Source: Chloroflexota bacterium
GTDB taxonomy: Bacteria > Chloroflexota > Limnocylindria > Limnocylindrales > CSP1-4
Assembly (NCBI GenBank): GCA_003152165.1
Contig: PLZO01000125.1
Location: forward strand, 1,346-65,345
Length of the DNA: 64,000 bases
Direction of reading: 5' to 3'
The notes below the pieces were generated by a model. That model made no database searches and had not been told where the DNA came from. It worked only from the letters and a program-made list of their open reading frames with translations. The position numbers and the translations under genes are program-made. Shown here piece by piece: positions 27,564 through 38,065 of the stretch (the first letter of the stretch is position 1; the number at the start of each line of letters is the position of its first letter).

Positions 27564-28616
27564 ATGATGCCCAGCAAGAATAGGGAGCCTGATGCTGGAA
27601 CCCCGACATCAAAGCCGCGCCGGGCGTCAGCCGTCGAGCAACCGTTTGCGGTCAGCAGCCGTCTGTTCGACGCCGACCGGACGGACCGGAGAGTCGAACT
27701 TGGCCCCAAGTCGGTCAAGACGCTGACCGATCGTCAGCTCTTGTGGGTGGATTGCCAAGGCTCCAGTGAGACCGAAGACGACCGCGCGTTTCTCGGATGG
27801 CTACCCTTCGATCGACCGGCGATCGAGCGGATGTGGGCTTTGCCCCCTACTCCGCGGCTCGTCGTCCACGGTGATTACTTTCTCGCGCGACTCCTGGTCC
27901 TGCGTCCCGCGGGTGGTCGCGACGAATCGGTCGTGCTCGACCTCGCGGTCGGCAAGAACGTGGTCCTGACCGCCCACCGCGAGCCGATCGACTTTCTGGT
28001 TGAAATCGACAGCCGAATCACGGCGGACACCAGCCTCGGGGACATCGACTCGGCCGACTTCGCGACCGTCCTGATGGATGGACTCGTCACGAGCTATCTG
28101 GAGTTGAGTGACGAGATCCTCGCTCGCGTTGACGAGCTTGACGCCGATGCCCTCCAAGCGCGCGGCCGGCGCGACCTGCTCGATGACATGGTCGCCTTGC
28201 GCCACCGGATCGCCTTGATCCGGCGGGTTCTCGTTGCCCATCGATCGCTCATGGTCGCGATGGCTGGTGCCGACTTCGAGGCCGTCACCGAGACCGGCGC
28301 AGCACCGCGCTTCGAAGCGACGACAGAGCGGTTCGACGGGGCCATCGGCGCGATCGACGCCGCCCGCGAGGCATTGCTCGGAACGTTCGACATCCACATC
28401 TCGCGGACGGCCCAGCGGACGAACGACGTCATGAGGACGCTGACGATCGTATCGGTCCTCCTCCTGCCCACGGGCGTGATCGCGGGCTTCATGGGCATGA
28501 ACACGAAGCCGCCTTATGCCAATGACAACCCGATCGTCTTCTGGATCGTCGTCGCCTTGATCATCACGATCGCGGCGGCCACCCTCATCATCCTAAGGGC
28601 GCGGAGATGGATCTGA
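27564..28616 (+). CDS. corA: CorA family divalent cation transporter
   Basis: TNDVMRTLT, AGFMGMN signature, two C-terminal TM helices. Confidence 0.92.
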   Translation: MMPSKNREPDAGTPTSKPRRASAVEQPFAVSSRLFDADRTDRRVELGPKSVKTLTDRQLLWVDCQGSSETEDDRAFLGWLPFDRPAIERMWALPPTPRLVVHGDYFLARLLVLRPAGGRDESVVLDLAVGKNVVLTAHREPIDFLVEIDSRITADTSLGDIDSADFATVLMDGLVTSYLELSDEILARVDELDADALQARGRRDLLDDMVALRHRIALIRRVLVAHRSLMVAMAGADFEAVTETGAAPRFEATTERFDGAIGAIDAAREALLGTFDIHISRTAQRTNDVMRTLTIVSVLLLPTGVIAGFMGMNTKPPYANDNPIVFWIVVALIITIAAATLIILRARRWI

Positions 28617-28619
28617 GCT

Positions 28620-28642
28620 GAGTCGCCCTCGTGGGGCGACTC
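28620..28642 (+). terminator. hairpin after corA
   Basis: GAGTCGCCC-N5-GGGCGACTC. Confidence 0.5.
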
Positions 28643-28909
28643 GAGGCGAGTCGGAGAGGGACCTGAACGTCGTGATCGGGACTTCGAGAGCACCCGTTCT
28701 AAGTCGCTTGGGAACCTGGGTCACCGTGGTCCACCGAAAGGCATTGGTCGGACCGGGACCTGTTGCACATCTGCAATGGACTTCACGTAGCCAAGTGGGA
28801 AGCCGACCCCTCGGTCGCCCCACGATCTGGGCATCGCGTTCTATCTGCGCTGCAGTGACCCCGAAGCCCGGGAAGGGTCGCCGTGGAACGCTTCACGAGG
28901 AGGATACTG

Positions 28910-29401
28910 GTGGACGCTCTGGACATCCTTAAGCAGCAGCACCTCGAAGCCCACGCGGCCTTCGAGGACATCAAGACGGCCCCCGCCAATGGTCGTGGAG
29001 GGGTCTGGGCGGATCTTCGGCCCAAGCTCGAACTCCATGAACAGATCGAAGAGCGGTTCGTCTATGACCCGGTTGCTCACGACGCGGGTTCCAGGGACCC
29101 GGTCCTTGCTCGCTGGGAGCAGGAGCACGAGGACCAGGTCTCCGATGCAGATGCGCTCATGGCCGAGATCGACGCCCTCGACCCGGCCGACGCCCAGTGG
29201 CTCGAGCGGGTCGGCGTGTTGGCTTCGACCTTGGATGAGCACATCGCCCACGAGGAGAACGACATTTGGCCGCGGATCCGCGCCGCTTGGGATGAGGACA
29301 AGCTCGTCCATGCCGGCCGCCAGATGGCCGAAGCCAAATCATCAGTCGAGCGCGGCATTCCGATCGAAGAGGCGGTTGACGCTGGCGAAGGTGCGCAGTA
29401 G
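28910..29401 (+). CDS. hemerythrin HHE domain protein
   Basis: QQH, LHEQIEERFVY, EH, HIAHEENDIWP; AGGAGG SD before GTG. Confidence 0.88.
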   Translation: MDALDILKQQHLEAHAAFEDIKTAPANGRGGVWADLRPKLELHEQIEERFVYDPVAHDAGSRDPVLARWEQEHEDQVSDADALMAEIDALDPADAQWLERVGVLASTLDEHIAHEENDIWPRIRAAWDEDKLVHAGRQMAEAKSSVERGIPIEEAVDAGEGAQ

Positions 29402-29791
29402 GCCGCAACGTCAACCCCCGTTCGAGAGATCCTTGGAGGTATCGTGCCAAAGTTCACGTGACAGAGGCTCCGGAACGGCGCATCTGCGCCGGACCGACAG
29501 CAAGAAGCTAGTCGATCTGCGGACCAATACGAGTCCCCCGCGGACTTGCCATCGCAGTCGCGTACCCTGAGCCTAACTGGGTCTCGTACTCGAGGACCGG
29601 CGGGTGACCGGCGACGAGGGCAGCGCTGCCCCACGATGCAGTCGTGGGGCATCAGATCCAGTTGGCTGGCCGCTATTACGCGGGCGAGGCGGTTCGTGTC
29701 CCCTCCGTACCGATCTAATGAGCAGACGGGCCCGCCTGCCCGCTCGTCGTTTCCCTGACAATTACTGTCCCGACCTCAAAGGAGCCTCCGC

Positions 29792-30307
29792 ATGACCCCC
29801 ACCGATGTTCCAGGCGACATGGCAGCGACACCCGATGCCAGTGACGTCGTCACTGGGCCCGTCGGCTTCGCCAGTCTTCGAGAGCCGGCCTCGTCGGTCC
29901 CGGCGGGTGCGGATCTGGACCGACTGTCCGCCATCGACGCAGATGCCGCCGGGGCCGAAGGGACCACCCTAGTGCCGACCGGTCCGGCGAGCGAGGGTCC
30001 GCCTGACGAACCGAACCAGGCGATCCGCCAGCTCGAGGGGATCCTCGCGAACCTAACGACGTACGCCAGCCCCGTCCTGCGCGAAATCGCGGCGCGGGCG
30101 GCCGAAGTGGCCGCGAAGGCGGCGGAGGCGGCCGGGCCCGCGGCCCACAAAGCCGCAGGCGTGACGGACGAGGTCGGCGGGCGGCTGGCCGCCAAGGGCC
30201 GTGAGATTGCATCCGACCTACGGCGTGATCGCGGCGCTTCGTTGGGCGATGCCCGCGCTTCGGCAGGCGAACCTTCGAGCGACCCGGGCGGTTCGGCTTC
30301 ATCGTGA
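29792..30307 (+). CDS. Ala-rich hypothetical protein
   Basis: AAGGAG SD; coupled to the next ORF. Confidence 0.6.
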   Translation: MTPTDVPGDMAATPDASDVVTGPVGFASLREPASSVPAGADLDRLSAIDADAAGAEGTTLVPTGPASEGPPDEPNQAIRQLEGILANLTTYASPVLREIAARAAEVAAKAAEAAGPAAHKAAGVTDEVGGRLAAKGREIASDLRRDRGASLGDARASAGEPSSDPGGSASS

Positions 30308-30732
30308 AGATTGGAAGGCTGGGCCGCGTCGCTCGCATCGCGACGCTGCCCGAGACCCGGACTCTGCTCGTGGCGGCGGTCCGGTCCACGACGCTGCGCA
30401 CCGGGCTGCGGCGCGCCCTGCACGATCCAGCAGGTGTCGTGCGTGTCCTGCGCCCGACAGCTGTCCAAGGCGTCGTCCTGCGCGGCGTCCGCCATCCGGC
30501 GGTCCAGGAGCTTGCCAATGCCGGACTCTTGTTGCTGCCTGGACGCTACATCCCCCTTGGCTGGGCCGCGACCTGGGCCGCCCGACACGTCCGGCGTCGA
30601 CACGGTGGTCCGACGAGCGCCGCATCCGGGCCCGGACGCCCCGCCTCCGGTCAGTCGCGTACGAACGTGACGCCCAAGGTTCGCCACGACACGGCGGACC
30701 ACCTCACCGTCAAAGGAGCCATTGAGAAGTGA
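30304..30732 (+). CDS. hypothetical protein
   Basis: GTGA overlaps at both ends within the operon. Confidence 0.5.
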   Translation: MKIGRLGRVARIATLPETRTLLVAAVRSTTLRTGLRRALHDPAGVVRVLRPTAVQGVVLRGVRHPAVQELANAGLLLLPGRYIPLGWAATWAARHVRRRHGGPTSAASGPGRPASGQSRTNVTPKVRHDTADHLTVKGAIEK

Positions 30733-31202
30733 ACGCCATCACGATGCTCGAGCGCGACCACGTCAAGGTCAAGGCGCTCTTGACCCGGCTCGATGCCACC
30801 ACCGCCCGAGCAAGGGTGACCCGACGCAACTTGTTCAATCGGATCAAGGCCGAGCTGACCGTCCACGAAACCATCGAGGAGGAGATCTTCTATCCCGCCC
30901 TCAAAGCCCATCCTCGGGCCAAGGACGTCGTCCTCGAGGGGATCGAGGAGCATAACGTCGTAGACAACCTGCTCGGCGAGTTGACTGACCTCTCCCCGGG
31001 CGCGGAATCCTGGGGTGCCAAGGCGACAGTGATGCGCGAGAACGTCGAGCACCACATCGAGGAAGAAGAGACCTCGATGTTCGTCAAGGCGCGCCGGATC
31101 TTCGACCACTCCGAGCTCGAGGCACTCGGTCAGCGGATGGCGGCGCGCAAGATCACGGCCAAGGCCGCAGTTCGGACGATTGCGGCCAAGCGCGAGCGCT
31201 GA
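30729..31202 (+). CDS. hemerythrin HHE domain protein
   Basis: LERDH, VHETIEEEIFYP, EEH, EHHIEEEE..MF. Confidence 0.92.
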   Translation: MNAITMLERDHVKVKALLTRLDATTARARVTRRNLFNRIKAELTVHETIEEEIFYPALKAHPRAKDVVLEGIEEHNVVDNLLGELTDLSPGAESWGAKATVMRENVEHHIEEEETSMFVKARRIFDHSELEALGQRMAARKITAKAAVRTIAAKRER

Positions 31203-31446
31203 CGAAGGGGAGCGCACACGAGTAGGTTCCGCATCCAGGAAGGCGCCGAATGTCGTCCCATTTGTGGACCCCAGCCAACCGGCGACTCGGTCAGCGATAG
31301 AAAGTCGCAATGCAGGACGGCCCAGCCCCGGAGGTTCTGCAAGCAATTAACCGACAGAGTTGGCCCGTACCCGTCGGAGGCTGTCCTACCCCTCGAGTGG
31401 GGTCGAGCATCCGCGGACCTAGCTCTCTCAACCAGAGGTGAACGAA

Positions 31447-31635
31447 ATGGCTGAGGATCGCACGAAAGGCGCGTTGAACCAGACGAAGGGCGTCATCAAG
31501 GAGAACGTTGGCAAGGTGACGGGAGATCGTTCGACGGAGGCGGCAGGCAAGGTCGATCAGGCCAAGGGCAAACTCCAAGGCAAGATCGGCGACGCGAAGA
31601 CGACGATCCGAAATCAGAAAAATCGCAATCGCTGA
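31447..31635 (+). CDS. csbD: CsbD family general stress protein
   Basis: KGALNQTKGVIKENVGKVTGD..TEAAGKVDQAKG. Confidence 0.9.
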   Translation: MAEDRTKGALNQTKGVIKENVGKVTGDRSTEAAGKVDQAKGKLQGKIGDAKTTIRNQKNRNR

Positions 31636-31721
31636 GATCGTCAGCTGGGTTGTTTGCCCGGGAGCTCGGCTCCACGCGCCACGCTCCGCGGACCGGGCCC
31701 AGTAACGAGGCGAGATCAGCC

Positions 31722-32720
31722 ATGGTCATCTTCAGTGGGCTGTTGACCGGCTTCGGGCGGCTGATCGGCGCGGTCGCCACGATGACCGTTGCGTGGGCGA
31801 CGATCCTGCTCTTCGGGCGCATCCCCCAATCGAAGCAGACGCTACTGTCGTTCATCACGCTCGGCTCGCTGGCCTGGATCGCGGCTCTCGCCGGCGTCCT
31901 CGTCCCGACGGTCGGCAGCTTCCTTCTGGCCGCCGTCCCGCGAGCGCCCTTCCTCGAGGACCTGTGGCTGCGCTGGATCATGCTCGGGCTGGCTGCCTTC
32001 CTGCCCCTCGCGATCGGATTTGCGACCGTCACGTTCATCACCCCCGAGGATCGCCCGGTGGGCCGCGCCCGCTTTACCCGGCTCCTCCTTGGCTATCCGT
32101 ATGCCGCGGTCTATGCCCTCACGATCATCTCTCTCGCGACCTGGGGCCTCGTCCGCAAGATCTGCAGTCTGCAGCACGGCTGGGACAGTGTGCACATCCC
32201 GATGATCGTCAAGGCCGGCCGGTACGACGCCGTGGTAACCGATCTCGAGTCGGCCCTTCACGAAGCCGACCTCGCCGTCGTTCGGAAGCCCGCGTCGGGC
32301 TGGTTCGAGATCCCGCCCCGACTGCTCGCCGCCGTCGGTGGGAAAGCCGTCAAGGAGTTGATCCCGACCGAGCTCGTCGCGTTCGAGACCGACGGCCTCC
32401 AGATCGTTGTCTATCCCTCGGATGTCGCGCTGCTCGGACGCAAGGAGCTCGTCTCCCAGGCGCGCGCGGCAGTTGCCAGGCGTCTGACGTCCGCTGATGC
32501 CTACCTCACCTCGGCCAAGGAATCGGAGCAGATCGAAGACCGACTCGCGGAGATCGCGCGCAAACCAACGGTCGTCGCGGCGGACTTCGCGCCGATCGAC
32601 GAGCTTCTCACGATGCTCGTCGCGCCCTATGACGAATGGGAGACGCTGTACCGACTCAGGCTGCAGGTCGAACAAGAGCGGCGTCTTCCTGATTCCACCA
32701 CGCCGGCTGACGGCTCGTGA
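31722..32720 (+). CDS. membrane protein of unknown function
   Basis: Four N-terminal TM segments plus a soluble C-terminal domain. Confidence 0.7.
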   Translation: MVIFSGLLTGFGRLIGAVATMTVAWATILLFGRIPQSKQTLLSFITLGSLAWIAALAGVLVPTVGSFLLAAVPRAPFLEDLWLRWIMLGLAAFLPLAIGFATVTFITPEDRPVGRARFTRLLLGYPYAAVYALTIISLATWGLVRKICSLQHGWDSVHIPMIVKAGRYDAVVTDLESALHEADLAVVRKPASGWFEIPPRLLAAVGGKAVKELIPTELVAFETDGLQIVVYPSDVALLGRKELVSQARAAVARRLTSADAYLTSAKESEQIEDRLAEIARKPTVVAADFAPIDELLTMLVAPYDEWETLYRLRLQVEQERRLPDSTTPADGS

Positions 32721-32925
32721 TGTCGCGCGCGACGGTGCACGGCGCTGGAGGTGTCGATTTGGCCTCATCCAAGGCACTGCTATAGAGTTCGCAGCGGGCT
32801 AGGGTCTCGTCGGCAGAGTCGGCAGGCCAGGGCGCAACCGGCAGACGTTGTTGCGCCATTGCAAGGCCGCTGCCGCTCAATGGCGGGGCCACCTGACGTG
32901 ACCGTCCGCTAATCTGTCTGGCACG

Positions 32926-33732
32926 ATGACACGTGAGCGTGACGAGACCCAGCTGACCGGCGGCCCTCCGGGCGCCGACAATCCCCCCGCCGCGCATTCA
33001 CTCGCAGGCCAGTCCTCCGATGTCGCTCTGCTCGTCATCGGGCTCCTGAGCTTCCTGGGCTTGATCCTCCTGACGGTTGCTGTGGCGAGGAGCGTCGTCT
33101 TCCCATTCGATCAACCGCTGCTGACCCTACTCCACGGTTGGGACGGCGCGCCCATCATCTGGAATACGATCTCGCAGGGCGCAAATATCCCGCTGATTGT
33201 GATCGGGTTGGCGTTCGTGCTCTGGCTCTTCTTCACGAACCGCCGCCGCGAAGCGCTCGTGGTGGTCCTGATGCTGGTCGCGGTGACTGCCGGCAGCGAG
33301 GGCGTCAAGCAACTCGTCGGGCGACCACGGCCCTCGGGCAACGGCGACGGGATCCCCGGAGTCGTCTACAGCTACCCGTCAGGACACGTGCTCGAGGTCC
33401 TGACGATCCTGGGGAGCATCGCCCTCCGAGCTTGGCGGAGCTCGAGGCGGTTGGTGCTGCGCGTCGCCCTCGTCGCCCTCGTCGCTCTCGACGTCGCCCT
33501 CGTCGCCATTGCCCGGGTTGTGCTCGCCGAGCACTACCCAACGGATATCCTCGCTGGGTTCCTGGGAGGGATCGGCGCGCTCACCGTCTATGCTTGGATG
33601 ACGCGACCCGGCGGTTGGGCGCATCAGACGGGGGCTGATTCGGATGAGACGCGGAACTCGCGCCAACGATCGGAAGTGACGCCTCCACGCGCTCGGTCAG
33701 CCGACGATCTCGCGGGCGGCGCTGCTGCATGA
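32926..33732 (+). CDS. PAP2 family membrane phosphatase
   Basis: KQLVGRPRP, SYPSGH, ARVVLAEHYPTD motifs. Confidence 0.9.
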   Translation: MTRERDETQLTGGPPGADNPPAAHSLAGQSSDVALLVIGLLSFLGLILLTVAVARSVVFPFDQPLLTLLHGWDGAPIIWNTISQGANIPLIVIGLAFVLWLFFTNRRREALVVVLMLVAVTAGSEGVKQLVGRPRPSGNGDGIPGVVYSYPSGHVLEVLTILGSIALRAWRSSRRLVLRVALVALVALDVALVAIARVVLAEHYPTDILAGFLGGIGALTVYAWMTRPGGWAHQTGADSDETRNSRQRSEVTPPRARSADDLAGGAAA

Positions 33733-34169
33733 CCAACCCGCAAGAGAAGCGCTCGCCCGACATCGAGTCTACTCGCGACCCTGCCCCGCCGAGCGAACGG
33801 GTACCCAATGGTGAGGCTGGTCCCCTGGGCAAGGTCGACCCAGTCAATCCGATGGGATCTATCGCTTCCCCGGTGCACGAGGGCGGCTTTCCGGAGTCGA
33901 TTTCGAGGTCCGCTGGGCGACGGGAGAGCGATCGGCCATTTCGGGTTACGGCGGGTGCTGGGCGACGCCAACGTGCGCCCAGGCGCTCGGTTGCCAGCAG
34001 CGATGGCCCTGAGACGGCTGGTCAGGCTGCGGGTTCTGGGGTCGGCGGTTCACGCTCGAACTGGCGCGAGGTTGCAATGCTTGGGCCCTGCACGGGTGGC
34101 CGGCGGCGGCATGGGATATGGCATCGTTACCCGGAGAGCCGAACGCGCCACCCAATGTAGGAGTCGACC

Positions 34170-34451
34170 ATGACCGAGCAACGTAGAACTGTCACCACCG
34201 AGACGACGACTGGAGCGCCCGCGAGCACGACCGAGACGGTCGAGCGGGGGATCCATCACGGTGACGAAGAGGCTGGCGGCGCGGTCGAAGGCGCGGTCGG
34301 GGGCGCTGTCGTCGGGGCCGTCGTCGGGGGACCGGTCGGGGCCGTCGTCGGTGGCGCGATCGGCGCGGCGTCGGGTGCGACGGCCGGTGCCCTTGACGAC
34401 AAGCGCAAGGACGAAACGGTTGTCGTCAAGAAGGAAGAGAAGACCTGGTAG
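34170..34451 (+). CDS. glycine-zipper small protein
   Basis: GAVGGAVVGAVVGGPVGAVVGGAIGA; AGGAG SD. Confidence 0.8.
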   Translation: MTEQRRTVTTETTTGAPASTTETVERGIHHGDEEAGGAVEGAVGGAVVGAVVGGPVGAVVGGAIGAASGATAGALDDKRKDETVVVKKEEKTW

Positions 34452-34542
34452 CTCGGACCAAATCAAGACCGAGTTACCCGTTGCGCTGACCCGCGGCGGG
34501 TACGCCCCTCATTCGTGACGGATCAGGAGACGTTGAAATCCC

Positions 34543-34626
34543 GTGAGTGTCGAGACTATCGTCATCGTCGTTGTGATCGTCCTTGTCGTGCTCTTGATCC
34601 TCGGGCGAGGCAGGCTGCGCGGCTAG
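34543..34626 (+). CDS. 27-aa single-TM small protein (not in ORF track)
   Basis: AGGAGA upstream; MSVETIVIVVVIVLVVLLILGRGRLRG. Confidence 0.6.
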   Translation: MSVETIVIVVVIVLVVLLILGRGRLRG

Positions 34627-34718
34627 GTCGCCTCAGGCCTGCTTCTGGGAAAGCTCGTCTCGCTTGAGGCCGGTGGTATAACCAGCGCTCGGAAGGCGGA
34701 TCGCGGAGGCGTTGGGCC

Positions 34719-34910
34719 ATGAGCCACGACAAGCGTCCCAGGGTGGTCGTCATTAATCGTGGCGGTGATCACGGTTGCATCATCACGATCATCCTGTTGA
34801 TCATTGCATGGCCCTTGGCCATCCTCTATTGGCTTGCACGGCTTCTTGTCTGGACCTTGCGTACTATCCTCGACTGGCTAACCCTGGGCTTCCTGCGAAG
34901 GCGACGTTAA
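34719..34910 (+). CDS. small membrane protein
   Basis: GGAGG SD, TATAAC -10 upstream, hydrophobic helix with basic tail. Confidence 0.65.
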   Translation: MSHDKRPRVVVINRGGDHGCIITIILLIIAWPLAILYWLARLLVWTLRTILDWLTLGFLRRRR

Positions 34911-35668
34911 GCGGCGCGGACGCGTGTTCGTGCCCCACGCTTGACCTGATATGGTCCAGCGCTCGCGGCCTCGCATGTCGATGCCAGTGTTGCGTCCTGA
35001 CACCACATTCTCGCGCCTTTGTCAACAGACGTGTGCCATTGCGATCTCGGGACCACTCCGACCCTCTAGGACAGCCTGAGACGCGCGTTTATTTTCGACC
35101 CTAATGAATTGCCCGCGAAGAAATTACGGGCGCTGCTGGACCGTCCATGGTGGGCAGACCGGGTTCGGGGTCGAACCTAACGGGGTCCGAACGAGAGCCC
35201 CCGTTGATCGCATCACCCTTCCTCCGGCAAACGAATTGTCCCGCGGCAATTTGAGCGCCCTACTAACCGAGGTGGGTCGCCGTCGGCGCGTCGCTCCATG
35301 GGTGAGCATTCCTCTGGCGTTGACCGTGGCGATATCCGGTTGCTCGGGCGCGGCGGCCCCAGCACCGTCACCGACGCCAACATCGACTCCGACGCCGACT
35401 GTATCAGCGGCCCCGACCCCGACGCCGACGGCATCACCGACTAGCGACGACGTCAAGATCGAGTCGATCATCAAGGACGGAGTGGCCCAAGTGGTGACCG
35501 ATGCGACCGCAATCCGACCATAGCGCGCTTCGGGAAAGGGGTGAGTAGCTTGGGGGGCGCGCGCCGATAAGACCCGGTTTCAGAACGAGCGCGGAGCCCT
35601 TGGGCGAAGGGATCGGTGGTGGTTTCCTGTCATCATTGGCATGAGCCAGCACGTTCCAAGGAGAGATC

Positions 35669-36307
35669 GTGGCGCCCGACCGACTGCTCGCCTTCGCACT
35701 CCTGTCATTGGTTCTCATCGTCGTGCCCGGCCCGAGCGTGCTGTTCGTCATCGGCCGCGCGCTCTCCGTCGGCCGGCGGGCCGCGCTGGCGACCGTCGTC
35801 GGCAATGAGGCCGGCGAGTACGTGCAAGCCGCGGGCGTGGCCGGCGGCCTCGGCGTCATCCTCGCCCAGTCGGAACTCGTCTTCACCATCGTGAAGCTGG
35901 CCGGTGCGGGCTACTTGGCATATCTCGGGCTCCAGGCGATCCGCAAGCGCCGGTCTGTGCTGCTGCTCAATCGCTCCACCCTGGCATACCGCGACGGTCG
36001 GGCACTGCGCGACGGGTTCGTCGTGGGGCTCACGAATCCCAAGACCACGGTGTTCTTTGCCGCGGTGCTGCCGCAGTTCGTGACGAGGGCAGGGTCAGCC
36101 GAGCCGGTGCCCGTTCAGATGCTGTTCCTCGGCCTGGTGTTCGTGGCCATCGCGCTCGTGTCCGACAGCATCTGGGCCCTCGTGGCGAGCCAGGCTCGGG
36201 CGTGGTTCGTGCGATCACCGCGTCGCCTCGAGACCCTGAGCGCGGCCGGCGGCGTCGTGATGATCGGACTTGCCGCCCGCCTCGCGGTAGCGAACCGGAC
36301 CGACTGA
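35669..36307 (+). CDS. LysE/RhtB family exporter
   Basis: VPGPSVLFV, KLAGAGYLAYLG, GFVVGLTNPK. Confidence 0.92.
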   Translation: MAPDRLLAFALLSLVLIVVPGPSVLFVIGRALSVGRRAALATVVGNEAGEYVQAAGVAGGLGVILAQSELVFTIVKLAGAGYLAYLGLQAIRKRRSVLLLNRSTLAYRDGRALRDGFVVGLTNPKTTVFFAAVLPQFVTRAGSAEPVPVQMLFLGLVFVAIALVSDSIWALVASQARAWFVRSPRRLETLSAAGGVVMIGLAARLAVANRTD

Positions 36308-36485
36308 GGACGAGGACAACAGAGCCGCCCGCCGTCCCGGCGGCTCGTGCCGGGCACGGTTGTGGACGTGAGCAGGATGCGCAATGGGCAGAGGTGCGAC
36401 CCCCAGAAGTTCCCCAGCGTCGCTGCAACATGCCGCTCCAGGTCGTAGGGCGTGGACGGTGCAACATGGGATCCAGTGGCTTGCC

Positions 36486-36750
36486 TTATCCGGCGCTCCT
36501 ACGTGCTGTCAGCCCCGGTGATTCAAACGATCGGCTCAGCACCCGCTGGATGGTCGAGATCTGCCAGCCCGAGCGACCAGATACGGTCGGGATGCCTTCG
36601 TCGGCCAGACGCAGGACGATGTCGCGCAGGGTCAACCCTGCAGCGCGCCATTCCACGATCTGGCTCGTGATCTGAGCCGGGATCGAGGTTGGTCGGCCTA
36701 GCCGGACCCCGGCTGCCTTCCTAGCCGCAACGGCATCCTTTGTCTGTCCG
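36486..36750 (-). pseudogene. C-terminal remnant of a small serine resolvase
   Basis: Manual translation TKDAVAARKAAGVRLGRP...WRAAGLTLRDIVLRLADEGIPTVSGRSGWQISTIQRVL; catalytic domain absent. Confidence 0.75.
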
Positions 36751-36765
36751 CGATTCTTCTGCCAG

Positions 36766-38064
36766 ATGCATATGCGAATGGGGGCTAAGCGGCAGCCGGG
36801 CGACTACCATCAGGTCGACCAAATCCCTCCCCCGGGGCTACTTGCGGTGACCGAGCCCTTTGCTTCTGGCGAGGACCAAGCGGAACGCGAAGGCGGATTC
36901 GCGGAGATCCGCCGTGTTGACCGAACGTACGCGTCCAAGGGTTTTGACTTGGCCGGGCATGTGGGAGTGCGTGCCCGCTTCATCCGCAAAGTCTTCGTCC
37001 CCGAATTCGACACTGAGGTCGATATCGACGGCGAAGGTACTCAGTGGCTCGTCTACACCTCCTCGAAAGGTCGTGTGCAGGTTCGACTGATCGTCTCCCG
37101 CGAACCGGGCCACGTCAGCGAAATCATCATCCAGCGCATCAATGCAACGGTTCATGGAGCGCGTGCGGACAACCTCGTCACGCTGACGGGCGAGGACGCC
37201 AGGCGGTTCATCGAGCTCATCAAGAACCTGGACTACATCCCTATCGAGGGCGCTGAAGGAATTCGGCTCGACGACGCCCTCGTCCGGGACCTTATGGCTT
37301 CTCCCGAGTCCGTATCGCAGATTTACGACAGAGACCCGGATGTATTTCGAAACCTCATCGCGGACGACGTGGCCGCGCGCGACGTCATCGCTCTATCACG
37401 AAGACGGAGCGAGGTGGAACGCTTCAAACGTCTGCTAGACGAGCGGGACTATTTTGACTCTGAGGTTGCGCTGACGCCACATAAGCGGCCCGAGGACGTA
37501 TGGCAAGGGTTCTTCGAGACGAACCCTTGGATACTCGGTACGGGCCTAAGTGGTCAGCTATTCACGTCCTGGGATGAGGACAAATTGGAACAGATCGTAG
37601 GCGGGGCGTCGATCGCGAATGTCGGCAAGCGGGCCGATGCGCTCATGCGCACGTCGGGTGTCGTGCGTTGGATGACCTTTGCAGAATTCAAGACCCACCT
37701 GACGCCTCTGCAGGCCCCCAAATACCGCCCAGGGACATGGCCACCTTCGGCCGAACTTGTGGGAGGCATCGCTCAGGCTCAGGCAACCGTCTGGCGCGCC
37801 ATGCAGGAAGTCGGCGCGGTCTTGCGCGGCACCGCTGCGGATGGATCAGAGATGACGGACGAGATGACATTCCTAACCCATCCGCGCTCGTACCTGGTTA
37901 TTGGCCAACTCGGAGAGCTTCTCGGGAAAGGTGGTGGACCGCACATGGATAAGATCCGGTCCTTCGAACTCTTCCGAAGGAGCGTCAGCGAACCTGAGAT
38001 CGTCACGTTCGACGAGCTGCTTGCCCGGGCCGAATGGGTCGTCGACACGGAACTAGGTGTCTAG
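36766..38064 (+). CDS. sduA: Shedu anti-phage nuclease (DUF4263)
   Basis: WQGFFETNPWILG, RADALM, FAEFKTH, GGIAQAQ, SYLVIG, SFELFRR, EIVTFDELLARA. Confidence 0.85.
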   Translation: MHMRMGAKRQPGDYHQVDQIPPPGLLAVTEPFASGEDQAEREGGFAEIRRVDRTYASKGFDLAGHVGVRARFIRKVFVPEFDTEVDIDGEGTQWLVYTSSKGRVQVRLIVSREPGHVSEIIIQRINATVHGARADNLVTLTGEDARRFIELIKNLDYIPIEGAEGIRLDDALVRDLMASPESVSQIYDRDPDVFRNLIADDVAARDVIALSRRRSEVERFKRLLDERDYFDSEVALTPHKRPEDVWQGFFETNPWILGTGLSGQLFTSWDEDKLEQIVGGASIANVGKRADALMRTSGVVRWMTFAEFKTHLTPLQAPKYRPGTWPPSAELVGGIAQAQATVWRAMQEVGAVLRGTAADGSEMTDEMTFLTHPRSYLVIGQLGELLGKGGGPHMDKIRSFELFRRSVSEPEIVTFDELLARAEWVVDTELGV

Positions 38065-38065
38065 G

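Noticed and set aside
33463..33510. GTCGCCCTC repeats
   Set aside because: They encode the VALVALVAL TM helix of the PAP2 protein; explained by coding.
35020..35035. TGTCAACAGACGTGTG resembling an IS481 end
   Set aside because: Short gapped match with no partner end or transposase; probably chance.
35104..35523. 139-aa ORF as an intact gene
   Set aside because: Only a lipobox-like signal and a Pro/Thr linker followed by an early stop; likely a truncated lipoprotein fragment.
27354..38064. In-frame TAG codons (27354 and 38062) as evidence of pyrrolysine or recoding
   Set aside because: TAG is a normal stop for many intact genes here, no pyl genes are visible, and decay explains both cases.
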